Numbered from the stretch's first letter, positions 1 to 10,775 are shown. The stretch: DNA of 64,000 nt from Tubulanus polymorphus (GCF_964204645.1 NW_027437435.1:1-64000); one strand, 5' to 3'. Program-made: numbers and translations. Notes: generated from the letters alone by a model not told the origin.

Positions 1-491
1 TGGTCCCCGAAATTCATTACGGACTAATTTAGATAGTTGAACATTCCAATCTGTCATGTTGGCACTCCAGATACCGTACTCGAGAAATTCAAATAGGAAG
101 ATGTTCATTTCTCTATGGAGTTTTGACGTCTATGGTGTCTAGTTTATCATAAGCTATTGGGTTCAAATCCCATTATAACTGTTTTTGTGTAAGAAGAATG
201 AAAAAGAATCGAGGCGGATTCAGACGACTTAAGGATTAATCGGTAGAGCGGATGAGGCCTGCTTGAGTGCTAATAGGTTAAACAATTCAAATGGGTTTTT
301 ACTTTTTGATATGAAATCAGTTCTCATTTTGCAGCGATTTTTGAGTTTTTTTTTGTTTGTTTTTTTAGTAAGAGACTCAACAAGAGTTACAATAGCCGAC
401 AATGAATTTTGATTCAATAGATTAGGGCTATGTTAAATTAAATTACAATATTTACTATTTCCTGGGGAGTGGGCGTGCAATCAAATACACA

Positions 492-770
492 TGTTATTAA
501 ATAGGAAAGGCATTAAAGGTTGAAACGTGCATAAGCTGTCGGGGATTTAAGGGTTAATTACAGCTAGGGGGTTAACGTTCTGTTTGGCTGGTCAGTGTAC
601 AGGTGGATGCACGCTGGCTATTGGTCAGTTGTGACAATTGGGTCAGGGGCTTAGTCAGTCTTTATATCAATGTATTATAGAGTATAAGTTTAGTTGGCAA
701 ATAAAGTGTGTGGAGATCACGCAGACATTTATATTGAACCACGTCTTGACTTCTCACAGATTTACCCACA
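492..770 (+). repeat. Putative 5' LTR of the BEL/Pao element
   Basis: TGT at 492 (alternative TGT at 431), TATA-like TTTATAT at 661, AATAAA at 700-705, ends ...CCCACA at 770 just before a TGG-initiated PBS-like site. No second LTR is in the window to confirm the boundaries. Confidence 0.5.
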
Positions 771-777
771 TACTTTT

Positions 778-796
778 TGGTCCCTCGGAGCGCGGA
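778..796 (+). promoter_or_regulatory. Putative primer-binding site (tRNA-Tyr-like)
   Basis: TGGTCCCTCGGAGCGCGGA resembles the complement of the tRNA-Tyr 3' end (TGGTCCTTCGAGCCGGA) with one substitution and two extra bases. It lies between the LTR-like CA end and the gag ATG at 899. Confidence 0.5.
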
Positions 797-898
797 GATG
801 TGAGTCCATACTCAAAACCTGGATTTATGACTTTATACTTTAACTTTATGTTCATACGCAAAACCTGTATATAAGGTGTTTTATCGTATTTCGTCGAG

Positions 899-1458
899 AT
901 GTCTGAAAAGAGGTTAACGAGACGACGTGTAGGCCATTATGCGGCCGCAGGTAAACTAATTAAAGAGGCAGATGCGATTATTGTGACTCAAACCGTTCAA
1001 AGACCGGATTTATTGCGTTTAGAAAGAATTAGTTCGAGTTTAAATGATCAATTGGATTATATCGCAGTATTGGACTTGGAGATTTTGGACGCTATCGACG
1101 ATGATGCGGCATATGAAACCAGTTTTTCAACGTATTCAGACGAACAACTTAAACTTTGAGACAAGCACCTTACTTACGGTCAATATGATTCTGAATGAAC
1201 TGCGAAACTGGTGCCACCTACTCCTGGTGATAAATCAAAAGTGCGATTACCTCACTTGTCTTTACCCAGTGGGAAAATTCTAGAATGGGAACAGTTCTGG
1301 GACGGTTTAAAGGCTGCGGTGCATGATATTTCGGAAACTCGGGGTGCAGAAATTTCAGCATTTGCGTAATCAATTGGAAGGTGATGCAAAGAACTGTATT
1401 GCGGGTTTATCGTTAACCGCCGCTAATTATACTGCGGCGATAGTACTGTTAAAAGATC
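899..1458 (+). pseudogene. BEL/Pao gag N-terminal part (DUF1759-like), frameshifted
   Basis: MSEKRLTRRRVGH..LDLEIL, then VRLPHLSLP..WEQFWDGLKAAVHD and QKFQHLRNQLEGDAKNCIAGL..AAIVLLKD, broken at 1458 by the non-LTR insertion. Confidence 0.85.
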
Positions 1459-1577
1459 TCTTCCTCGACTCCTCAGTGACAACATCCACTTCTGTCGTCG
1501 CTTCATCCTTCTCCTCCGTTGCCTCTGCTGGTGTCGACGACAGAAGTGGATGTTGTCACTGAGGAGTTGAGGAAGAG
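1458..1577. repeat. 43-bp inverted duplication at the 5' inversion junction of the non-LTR element
   Basis: 1458-1500 is the reverse complement of 1535-1577 (42/43 identical), with a 34-nt spacer. Confidence 0.92.
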
Positions 1578-1827
1578 GCCACCCTCCCCAACTGAACTGG
1601 TACAAACTCCGAAAAAATCACAAAAATCAAAGCCGCCCTCGGAAGGAGAAAGCTCACCGATACAGAAGCCAACAGAAAACGAACACGAAGAAAGTGACAC
1701 GGACGATACGTGCGAAGTTGCTGCAAAAACAACAAAACCAAGCACTGCGCCACCAGCACCAGTCCGAATGCAGAAAAGGAATCAAACAAAGAATGGAACT
1801 AAATCAAAGACCAAAAAAACTACTTAA
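1535..1827 (+). pseudogene. C-terminal fragment of non-LTR ORF1 (low-complexity, K/P/S/T/E-rich)
   Basis: Open frame TTEVDVVTEELRKRPPSP..KKSQKSK..TKSKTKKTT ending at TAA 1827, 48 nt before the ORF2 ATG at 1876. Assigned by position and composition only. Confidence 0.6.
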
Positions 1828-1875
1828 GGTGAGGTATTCATAACGTTTTACTAATGTAGGCAAATGAGACATAAA

Positions 1876-3268
1876 ATGGCGGACGTGTTAGAACGTATTA
1901 GATTTCTATCACTAAATTGCAACGGCTTAGTTTACTCGAATGCTCGAATTTTTCTTTGAACCAAAAATCATCAATTTCCTATGGGATAATGGAAAACGCC
2001 TTGTCAGTAAAGACATAATACATAAAAAAATCGAACACGGAGGTCTCGACTTACACAACATTAAATACAGACAACAAACACAGGCAATTAAGACGATAAT
2101 AAACCACGCTCTAAAACCAACACACTGGAAACCACTTATCAACTACAATCTGCAAAAATATCTAGGCCCAGGCTGGAATATTTCAAACATCATTCACAAT
2201 GAAATACCCAAAAAAGTCATTACAAATGACTACTACAGACATTTATTAAAATCATGGACAGTTTTTCAACAACATCTAGTTACAACTGAGACCATTACCG
2301 AAATTCTGCAAAAACCTATTTTTGGCAACCCAAAAATTAAGCTCAACAAGAAAACCAATTTCACAGAATACATACATCACGGTATAATCAATCTACGACA
2401 TCTATTCGATAATCGTGGAAACTACAAAGCATTTAACGAAATTCCATTAACAAATAAATTTAAACACACATGTATATACAATGCGATACCGCAACATTGG
2501 AAACTAATTCTGTCTGACCAAAATTTAGATCCCGATGAATTACCAAAAATCTATGTACAATTTGGTAATATAGTGTGCACTATAGGAAAACTTTTATCAT
2601 CTCAAATTTATCGAATTCTATTATTAAAAAATCTCCATCAAATCACACCGATAGGGCAAACCAAAATTACTGAAATGTTAAATGCTGATCTGAACTGGCC
2701 GGAAATTTGGAATGAAGTTTATAATAAACATATTGATAGACGATTTAGTGATATTCATTGGAAATTACTGCATAATACTCTGGCAACAGCTTCAAAACTA
2801 GTACTTTGGAAAATAAAAACTGATCCAAATTGTAAAATTTGTGGACGCGCGGCAACGAATGACCATGTAGTATTCTCATGCACAGAAGCACAGCAATTAT
2901 ATTCATCTATACAACCAATCATTCAACGCATACTAGACACACCAATAAATATCACTCAAGACATCGTCTACACAGGAATTACTAAAACAATAGAAAGAGA
3001 TTTCTTCAAACGCACACTCGCGAACTACCTTTTGTTTCTTGCACAATCCATTTTGTACCTAAATCACTACAATTTAGAACAAGGCTCTGGCCGCATCAAC
3101 GCTATAATTTATTTCAAAAACTCGCTAATAGATCGCCTAAACCAAGAAATCATGCTTCAACAAAACCTTCATATTTGGACTCTTAACAATGTACTTATAC
3201 ACCTGGATGCAAACGGACTGAATGCAGTAAACAGAATCACAATCGACATCATTAGCGTAGTCTATTAA
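1876..3268 (+). pseudogene. Non-LTR ORF2 with endonuclease and RT core deleted; 442-aa C-terminal frame (1940-3268) still open
   Basis: ATG 1876 gives MADVLERIRFLSLNCNGL (APE N-terminal motif), joined out of frame to FLWDNGK..EHGGLDL (post-RT motif) and WKLLHNTLAT..CKICG..DHVVFSC (zf-RVT-type Cys/His motif). No YADD-type RT motif is present. Confidence 0.85.
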
Positions 3269-4446
3269 TTAAACCCAACGCCTTTTTTATTACTTACACC
3301 TACATATCCCGACTTTGACACTTGAGGTATGTTCTGATTTAGATCGAACAGGGATGACGGTCTATCAATACGCATAGAACTGTCTGACCACTTTTGCTTT
3401 ATATCATCACATACGTATTAGTTTATTAGTTTACTGTTTCTGATGTTTTGACTGTAAACTCAGTCTCATTGCCACGATAGCTGGAACGCTGCCTCCGTTT
3501 GTGACCTTAGGATAGCAAGCTATGTCTATGTACGCGCAATGGTGACTGGAAAGTTGCCTCTTGACATCAGTCTCATTAAAAGCTACCAAAAATGTAATCG
3601 TGACAATGTAAATAAAACCCGATCAAGACTGTATATATGTAAGTGTACAAACATGTATTCAATATTCACGTGTCTGTGCCGCTTTCTTACTGACGGTCTA
3701 TCAATACGCATAGCACTGTCCGTTTGATTGCGATACATTCACGGACCTAACTCACTGTATATTAGAAACACATAACTGCTCCCAGTGTAAAACTTATACT
3801 TTTAGGCAAATTCAGCACCAGATGTGAAGTACCAACTGCGCACCCCTTGACGGAGAAACCCATCCTAATCGGAGCTGCACCGTCGATGTCATACAACTAC
3901 ACTTCGGATACCCCAGGGCCATACTCTCATCTGGAAAATTTGCGTTTCGAAATGTGCTTTCTTCCTATCTAGTCAACACGCGGGATCATCAACTTAGAGG
4001 ACTTCTACATCAACATCTACCCGAGGAAAAAAACCACACTAAACTATCGGACTATTTACACGTAGAAAACGACCAAAAAATATAAAAATGGACAAAATGA
4101 TCTTGTAATATAGCTATTTCCAGAATCTCATTGTATTAAATTAGGCAGCCAGAAAAATTCATCCCAATCAGTCGCTTGCCGGTTCAGACTGAATGGAAGA
4201 TTGTTTGGATGAACCGGAACCGAATTTCTAATTATGTACTTCGATTTTAAAATATTCTGTTTACTCGACCGCCGATCACACATCTATATCTGTACTTCGA
4301 TTTCCGATTTCAAAATCAAACCCCCTGTTTCGCTCCCGGCAGGTGTGGTGGGTCTGTAAGGGACACTCAATCGAAAAATCAAACAAAATTTACCAGCCAA
4401 ATAAATAAATAATGGGGACAATCCCTATTTTAAGATCGAAAAGATC

Positions 4447-7002
4447 GTTATGGTCAAATTCATAAGATCATATCTGCTCATCTGAAAGAATTAGTGGACT
4501 TACAAGCTCCTGCTGATTCACCATCGAGTTTCCGGACATTTCGTGACTCTATAGAGTCTCATATAAGGTCGTTAGACGCGCTTGGTAAAAGTTCTGATTC
4601 TTATGGCGATATGTTATCATCTGTAATTCTGTATAAGTTACCGAGATCCGTTAGAAGAAATTTAATTCGTTCTCGCGGAAATAAAGAGTTATCGTTACAG
4701 CAATTGCGTGATTTTATGTCGGAGGAACTGGAAATTATGAATGCGGGATTAGATTACATTGTAGATGACTCGAGTGAACTTATGGATATTTCTAGTTTAC
4801 CGGTTTTTGACAATAATCAACAAAACAGCAGTAATAAGTCTACGAAGAATCTCAATTGTGGATTATGCGATAAATAACATAAAGTTACCGACTGTAATCT
4901 AAACGGGAAAGCTAAACTAGCAGCAGTTCGTCGGCGGAATTAATGTTTTAACTGTCTTAAAACTGGACATCGTTCGTTTAACTGTAAGTCGACTTTTCTT
5001 TGTCGGAAGTGTAATAAGCGACATCATTCAGCTCTGTGCGACTCGTTTACAGAAAAGGTCAATTCTTCAATTAACAACGTTAGCCAGTCTAATAAGAGTA
5101 ATGATTCGACATCTAATAGCGTACCGAGCGTCGGACTCGGATCACCTCAGCCTACTGATAGTGGACAACCAGAGATTCAGTCATTAAAAGTTGATTTACC
5201 GGTGAAGGATGTTAGTCAAAACTTTTCGAGTATTATTAAGTCGTCGTGTAATAATGTTCTACTTAAAACTGCGCTAGCTCCGGTCAGTAACGGAAGTGAT
5301 AATTCGTTATCTCATAACGCGAATATTATGCTGGATGATGGATCTCAGCGTACTTTCATTACGACACAGTTGGCCGCTCAGTTAAAATTATCGCCTATAG
5401 GGAAAGAAAATCTGAATGTTTCTACATTCGGTAACACGGATTATGTTTCGAGAGAGTGTGATTTAGTTAAATTACATTTACATTGTGTAGATAAATCGTA
5501 TTTATCTATTCGTGCATTGGTTGTTCCGCATATAACCAATCCAGTGTTCGTGGCTGACCGTACGAATATTAACAATATACAGTCACATGGATAAAAGTTA
5601 GCTCATCCGTTGACAGAACCTGTGGGTCGATTCGATTTATCGCTTTTGATTTGTGCAGACCAGTATTATGACATTGTGACCGATGAAGTTATTCGATTTG
5701 ACGACTGTAACACAGTCGCAGTGGGTTCGAAACTCGGATTTATATTAGCTGGACCAATATGTTCGTCTACGTGGGATTCTACGCCGTCAGTTATGATTGT
5801 GAACACTGAGAATCAATTACTTGAAAGTTTCTGGTCGTTGGAGAATATTGGAATACACGATAAGATCTGACCGACCAAGGATGTTCTATCAGATTATGTT
5901 GATACAGGTATTCAACTGCGCGATGGGAAATATTATGCGAAATGCCCATGGAAGGATTCTCATCCGGAACTTCCTACTAATCGTTTCATTGCTGAGAAAC
6001 TTACTCGTAGTACCGTTCGTAGACTTGGTAAGAAACCCGATTTATTAGCGAAATATCACGAAATTATGATGGATCAGTTGTCTCGGGATTTTATAGAACT
6101 CGTTGACTTGGATAAGCCGGTATCTGATAAAGAGCATTATATAGCACACCATTGCGTATTCAGAGATAGTGCTACTACGCCCATACGAGTAGTTTTTAAC
6201 TGTTCTTGCTGTTCTGGGAAAAACTAACCGTGTCTTAATGACTGCTTGGAGTCCGGGCCTCCTTGAATAATATTACGTCGATTTTACTCCGTTTTTAAGT
6301 CTGTGTTATTCGGTGCGTCGAGCTCGCCTTTTATTTTGAATGCGACCCTGCTGAAACACTTAAGTTTACAGAATGCTGATAACGCAACCGTGCGTGACGA
6401 TATCAAAGAGTCGTTATATGTGGATAACGTTATATCAGGAGCAGATACTATCAGTGAATCGATTGAACATTATAAAGCTTCGAGAAGTATTATGTCTGAT
6501 GGTGGATTCAACATTCGTTCGTGGTCATCTAATTGCGTTGACGTCACTAGATTAGCTGACTCTGATGGAGTATTAGAAAAGAGTACTGAAGTCAGTGTTC
6601 TCGGCCTTCGATGGAATACCGTTAGTGACATGTTGTCATTGAATCGAAAAACTGTGCTACAAGACTCTCAAGATCTAGTTACGAAACGGAATATTCTTCA
6701 TTCGTCTGCAACTATGTACGATCCGCTTGGATTTCTATCACCGTTACTTATCACCGCTAAGACTTTGTTACAAGACATTTGGCGAAAAGGTTATGATTGG
6801 GATGATAAGTTACCGCCCGATGACGATTCATGTTTTCGGCGATTCTTCGCAAACGTCTTATGGAGCTGTGGCGTATATAGTGAATAACAATGATGTGTCG
6901 TTTCTGATGTCTAAATCGAAAGTTGCTCCAGTCAAGCCGATAACTATTCCAAGACTGGAACTGTTAGCATCGCTAGTTACTGCAAGATTAGCCGATCATT
7001 TA
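4447..7002 (+). pseudogene. BEL/Pao gag C-terminus, zinc knuckles, aspartic protease, RT and start of RNase H (stops, frameshifts, internal deletions)
   Basis: CGLC..H, CFNCLKTGH, CRKCNKRHH; LDDGSQRTF at ~5330; HHCVFRDSATTPIRVVFNCS; YVDN at 6417; YDPLGFLSP; SKSKVAPVKPITIPRLELLA. Confidence 0.9.
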
Positions 7003-8141
7003 TGCAGCTATCAATGTGAACCCTGACCCCCCCTAGTTCAGACATTCGACTCCAATTCGACACATACCATAAATCTTTCCGCTCAGGTTTCGACAGATTA
7101 TCACTATTACCATAGATGACATTAGTCAGGTTTTCGTCACTTTTATAGAATAACCTCGTCAGGGCTTCGACAGCTTTCCACTAGACAGATTTCCTTAAGA
7201 AATACAATACGCCAGGTATTCGACACAATGTAGCATGTTTAATAATTTCATTTCTTTTATTAAAACTATAAAATCTTAACAAAACTTAACTCATTTTATA
7301 AGCCTTTTGAAACAGCAGTGACATGCTGCAGACATGATAGATGAAGCAACGTCATGTTTCTTCCAAGATCAAACTTCATTGTAAAAGAAATACCAGTCAA
7401 GTGGCTGGTTTGGGCTTTAGGGGAACCATGTAATATTGTTTATCCAAAGTAAACATTCATTTTGACTAATAAGCTCCACATCCAAAAGATGTGTTTTATG
7501 AGGATTAAAATATGCATTAATTAATTATTACACAATTACGGTTCTTGCGTTTTTTTGTATAACCCTGTTTATAATATGAATCTCAATGTTTAAAAAGAGC
7601 TGGTCACCAAAATTTTGAAGAAAGTGTCAAAGTACATTATCAGGAGTCACCGCTAGATATTAGAATTGAAATACGAGATTATAATCAACAGTGGTACATC
7701 AGATTCTGTAAAAATTGATGAAGATTGAAGTGATAAATAATGCTAAGCTAACAATTAAATGTGACAACTTCTGTTAGAATTTCCCACGATATAGAGGCTC
7801 TGGCGACCTGACGTTTTAGTGAAGCGACATATCCGATCGGGAGCGTAACAACGGAAGGTAAACTGACTATATGTCCCGTATGTTCAAACCGCATATCAAA
7901 CCGCTTTTCGTCAGACTTTCGAAGTAGGTTTAGATTGGAATCCGCCAGACATTCGATGCTCAATGAATACATAATCGTCACGCATTCGATAGAGATACGA
8001 CACCCATTTCTTTTGGGTTCGCCAGAGATTCGTTAATTACTAAAAAAGTCTTCGTTCAGGATCCACCAATTTTCACGTCGAAATCCTGGCGATGGATGAA
8101 CTAGGGGGGGGGGGGGGTCAGGGTTCACATTGATAGCTGCA
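7003..8141. mobile_element. Non-autonomous TIR DNA transposon (PIF/Harbinger-like MITE), 1139 bp
   Basis: TIR TGCAGCTATCAATGTGAACCCTGA(C)nTAGTTCA at 7003-7040 and its reverse complement at 8097-8141. TTA is duplicated at 7000-7002 and 8142-8144, and excision restores the BEL frame ARLADHL-MSSLKSRIP. No transposase ORF. The superfamily is inferred from the TTA TSD only. Confidence 0.85.
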
Positions 8142-8144
8142 TTA

Positions 8145-9607
8145 ATGTCGAGTTTAAAATCGAGGATTCCGAGATTGAATTGCGTATTATGGTCTGACAA
8201 TCAGGCTGTTCTCACGTGGATCATGTCGCCTCATAATGTGAAATTGGATAAATTTGTTTCGAATCGTATCGCGGAGATTAAACGTTTGACTGGTAATTTT
8301 CAATGGAGATATTGCCCGTCGAGTGATAACCCCGCTGACATTGTATCACGAGGATCGAATCTACGAAGTTTGCTGGATTCGAAGCTGTGGTGGCATGGAC
8401 CGGAATGGCTACCTAATGAAGAACTTTGGCCTAAGTTGACAATATCAAACAATAGTCGGGATAGTTGTAAAATTCCCAGCAGTGAAGATTGTTTTCTGAG
8501 TACAAATAGTGTGGTATCGATACCCGAGTCTGGATTATCTGTTGTTAAAGATATGAGTCGATACTCATCACTAAATAGACTTAAGCGTATTACAGCTTGG
8601 ATATATCGTTTTATTAACAACGTTAAGGATAAAACTAACCGTAAAACTGGAGGTTTGACAGCTCGTGAGCTTAAATTCGCGGAACTTCAGTGGATGAAAG
8701 ACAGTCAGAGAGCTTCATATAGTACTGTTTTATCAGATTTAGTAAATGGTCGTAAGTCTAAACAACAGATTGTTGGACAACTACAGTTAAGACTAGATGA
8801 TAATTCGTTAATTCGTGTTGGCGGGCGTATTGACAACTCTACTATGGCTGATTCGGCTAAGTTTCCGATTCTGTTGCCAAAGAATCATTTCACGGAGTTA
8901 TACGTTCGAGCTAATCATATAGATTGTGTGGAACATTTAGCTACAAATTCCACTATAGCTGCTATACGACAGAATGTTTGGATTACGCAGATTCGTCCGT
9001 TTGTGAAGAGACTTCTTAAGAACTGTTTACCGTCTAGAAGACAAAACGCTCGCTGTTTTTGTGCGCCAGAAATTCCTCCTTTGCCATGGTTTCGAGTAAA
9101 AGAAAAGTTACCGTTTGAGACTACGGGTGTTGATCTAACAAGTCATTTTAACGTTAAAACTCAAGCTGGAGTTATTAAGTGTTATATATGACTTTTCACG
9201 TGCGCCGTGACCAGAGAAGTTCACTTAGAGTTAGTTATGGATAATAGCACCGAATCGTTTATTCGTGCTTTACGTAGATTTACTGGTAGAAGATCACAGC
9301 CTTCTCTGATATTATCAGATAACGCATCTAACTTTGTTGGTGCTAGCAAGGAGCTAGATGATTTATTTAAAACTGAATTATTACAGGATTACTTATCAAC
9401 GAAAGGAATAATTTGGAAAAGAATTCCTAAAAAATCCCCAAGGTTCGGCGGATTTTGGGAAAGACTTATAAGTGTTACTAAATCGTGTTTAAAAAAGGTG
9501 ATGGGACGTTCTTTAGTTAATTATGATGAGTTTATGACATTATTAGTCCAGATAGAAGCCGCTATCAACGATAGACCGTTAACGTCTGTATCAGATGACA
9601 TTAATGA
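8145..9607 (+). pseudogene. BEL/Pao RNase H C-terminal half and integrase, truncated after the catalytic core
   Basis: LWSDNQAVLTWI, FVSNRIAEI, NPADIVSRG, WWHGPEWL, PFETTGVDL, FTCAVTREVHLELV, SDNASNF, GGFWERLI, EAAINDRPLT. In-frame stop at 9188-9190; homology ends at ~9607. Confidence 0.9.
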
Positions 9608-10237
9608 TGTAATATCCTTCAGTTCTGACTAAGTTAATGAAACCACTAATTAGCTTCCGTCATATGCGTGTTATTACTGCTTTTGTTTATTTAATCTTCT
9701 CAGACTCAGGAGTACAAATCTCAGATCACATTCTTTACATTGCATATAGACATCACACAAGATCCGACGTCAAACAGTAAACTACGATTTACTAAAAAGA
9801 CAAGAAATGAAAACACACTAAGAAAAATACTAAGTAATCAACTCACGAATAATCAAGTCTAGTAAGACCAGGAACGTCCTATAACCTTAAGGGTATCAGC
9901 CTCTGGCATGCGAGTGCCTATCTCGAAAACCAGTGATACAACTCTCTCAGGAGATTTACACAGAAATAACATACGTCAATATAGCCTATACATCCTAAAC
10001 AAACAATAGAGAATGCACTCACCGACAGTGAAGCCTCAAGAACTGAGGGTAAAACTAATATATTGGGCAGGTCACGAACTTTCTAAACATGCGCCCGCAC
10101 ACTCCACACTAAACTGCGGTCCCGGACCGAACAACGTACCGGACGTAAAGTAAAATAGAGTAAAACCAAATGGTTAGGAAAATAAGCCCGCTACACCGGC
10201 CCCCGAAATTGCATTGCAATTTCTCCACCACATTACA
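9608..10237 (-). mobile_element. Probable solo LTR of an unrelated LTR retrotransposon, reverse orientation
   Basis: Begins TGTAAT (9608) exactly where BEL integrase homology stops and ends ATTACA (10232-10237). It is 630 bp and non-coding, with AATAAA on the minus strand ~80 nt from the 9608 end. The flanks do not form a TSD. Confidence 0.45.
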
Positions 10238-10440
10238 ATACTAAAAAAGGGCCTCTGAGGTTAAGTGCAAACTCTTTACAAAAAGTTTATAACAGAATAA
10301 CATATACAATGTATGCATACATCTACCAAAATAATATGCACCTAAGCAAACTAAATACATCATAGCAACTCACACACGACTGGACTTAAACAGAATTAAC
10401 CTGAATATTCGATCTTACGAAAAATTATGTCAACTCATGT

Positions 10441-10606
10441 GAGTAATAGGGGTAATGGGCTTTCAGATCAAAGGTCGAAGGGTCGAGCTCGTAAAAAAAT
10501 GAAAATAACAATAATTTACAATTCAACTGTAAATTATTGTTATTTTCATTTTTTACTCACTCGCCCCTTCAACCTTTAACCTGAAAGCCCATTACCCCTA
10601 TTACTC
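10441..10606. mobile_element. 166-bp palindromic (foldback) MITE-like element with GAG...CTC termini, possibly Sola3-like
   Basis: GAGTAATAGGGGTAATGGGCTTTCAG... pairs with ...CTGAAAGCCCATTACCCCTATTACTC. The arms (~80 bp) extend with a few mismatches to a short central loop at ~10520-10528. TTAA follows the right end; the left flank is ATGT. Confidence 0.7.
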
Positions 10607-10775
10607 TTAAAATAATCATATACATGAATAACATTTAAATTGATAGATTATTCAATATAAAAGTGTAAGCTCTTATAGAATAGATATATAGATAGATATA
10701 TTTACAACATTATTTCAATATTCATATTTGTATGAGTTAGATTTTTAAACATTAAAAGTGTTAGTAAAGTGTGAT

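Larger units (their letters stand above)
1459..4438 (+). mobile_element. L1/Tx1-clade non-LTR retrotransposon copy: 5'-truncated and inverted, EN/RT internally deleted
   Basis: Flanked by the TSD AAAAGATC (1451-1458 and 4439-4446); removing the insert restores gag LLKD|RYGQIHK. Contains an ORF1 tail, the ORF2 start with APE motif SLNCNGL, the post-RT ORF2 C-terminus, a ~1.1-kb 3' UTR and (AAAT)n near the end. Confidence 0.88.
492..9607 (+). mobile_element. BEL/Pao LTR retrotransposon, degenerate, 3'-truncated, carrying two nested insertions
   Basis: Gag-PR-RT-RH-IN order is recoverable across stops and frameshifts. Motifs: DUF1759-like gag (WEQFWDG..QKFQHLRNQLEGDAK..NYTAAIVLLKDRYG), three Cys/His knuckles (CFNCLKTGH, CRKCNKRHHSALC), protease LDDGSQRTFI, RT LFGASSSPF/YVDN, Pao RNase H HVFGDSS/IPRLELLA/NPADIVSRG/WWHGPEWL, integrase SDNASNF/GGFWERLI. 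The left boundary is approximate. Confidence 0.93.

Noticed and set aside
1-20. Similarity of the window start (GGTCCCCGAAATTCATTAC) to 10198-10217 (GGCCCCCGAAATTGCATTGC)
   Set aside because: A short imperfect match that does not extend; probably chance.
131-172. tRNA/SINE-like B-box hairpin TGGGTTCAAATCCCA at 158-172
   Set aside because: Only a T-arm-like motif; no convincing cloverleaf, A-box spacing or tail.
229-874. Short ORFs 229-417 (-) and 638-874 (+)
   Set aside because: No recognisable motifs; the latter overlaps the putative LTR/PBS.
3269-4438. Self-cleaving ribozyme in the non-LTR 3' UTR
   Set aside because: No intact CUGAnGA...GAAA hammerhead core or HDV-like nested pseudoknot could be assembled by eye.
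7040-7230. Satellite derived from the MITE subterminal motifs (shared TCGTCAGG and TTTCGAC words)
   Set aside because: The shared words are only 7-8 nt with different spacing, so chance cannot be excluded without an alignment.
7748-8620. Minus-strand ORFs 7748-7981 and 8300-8620
   Set aside because: The first has no transposase or DNA-binding motif; the second is antisense shadow of BEL pol.
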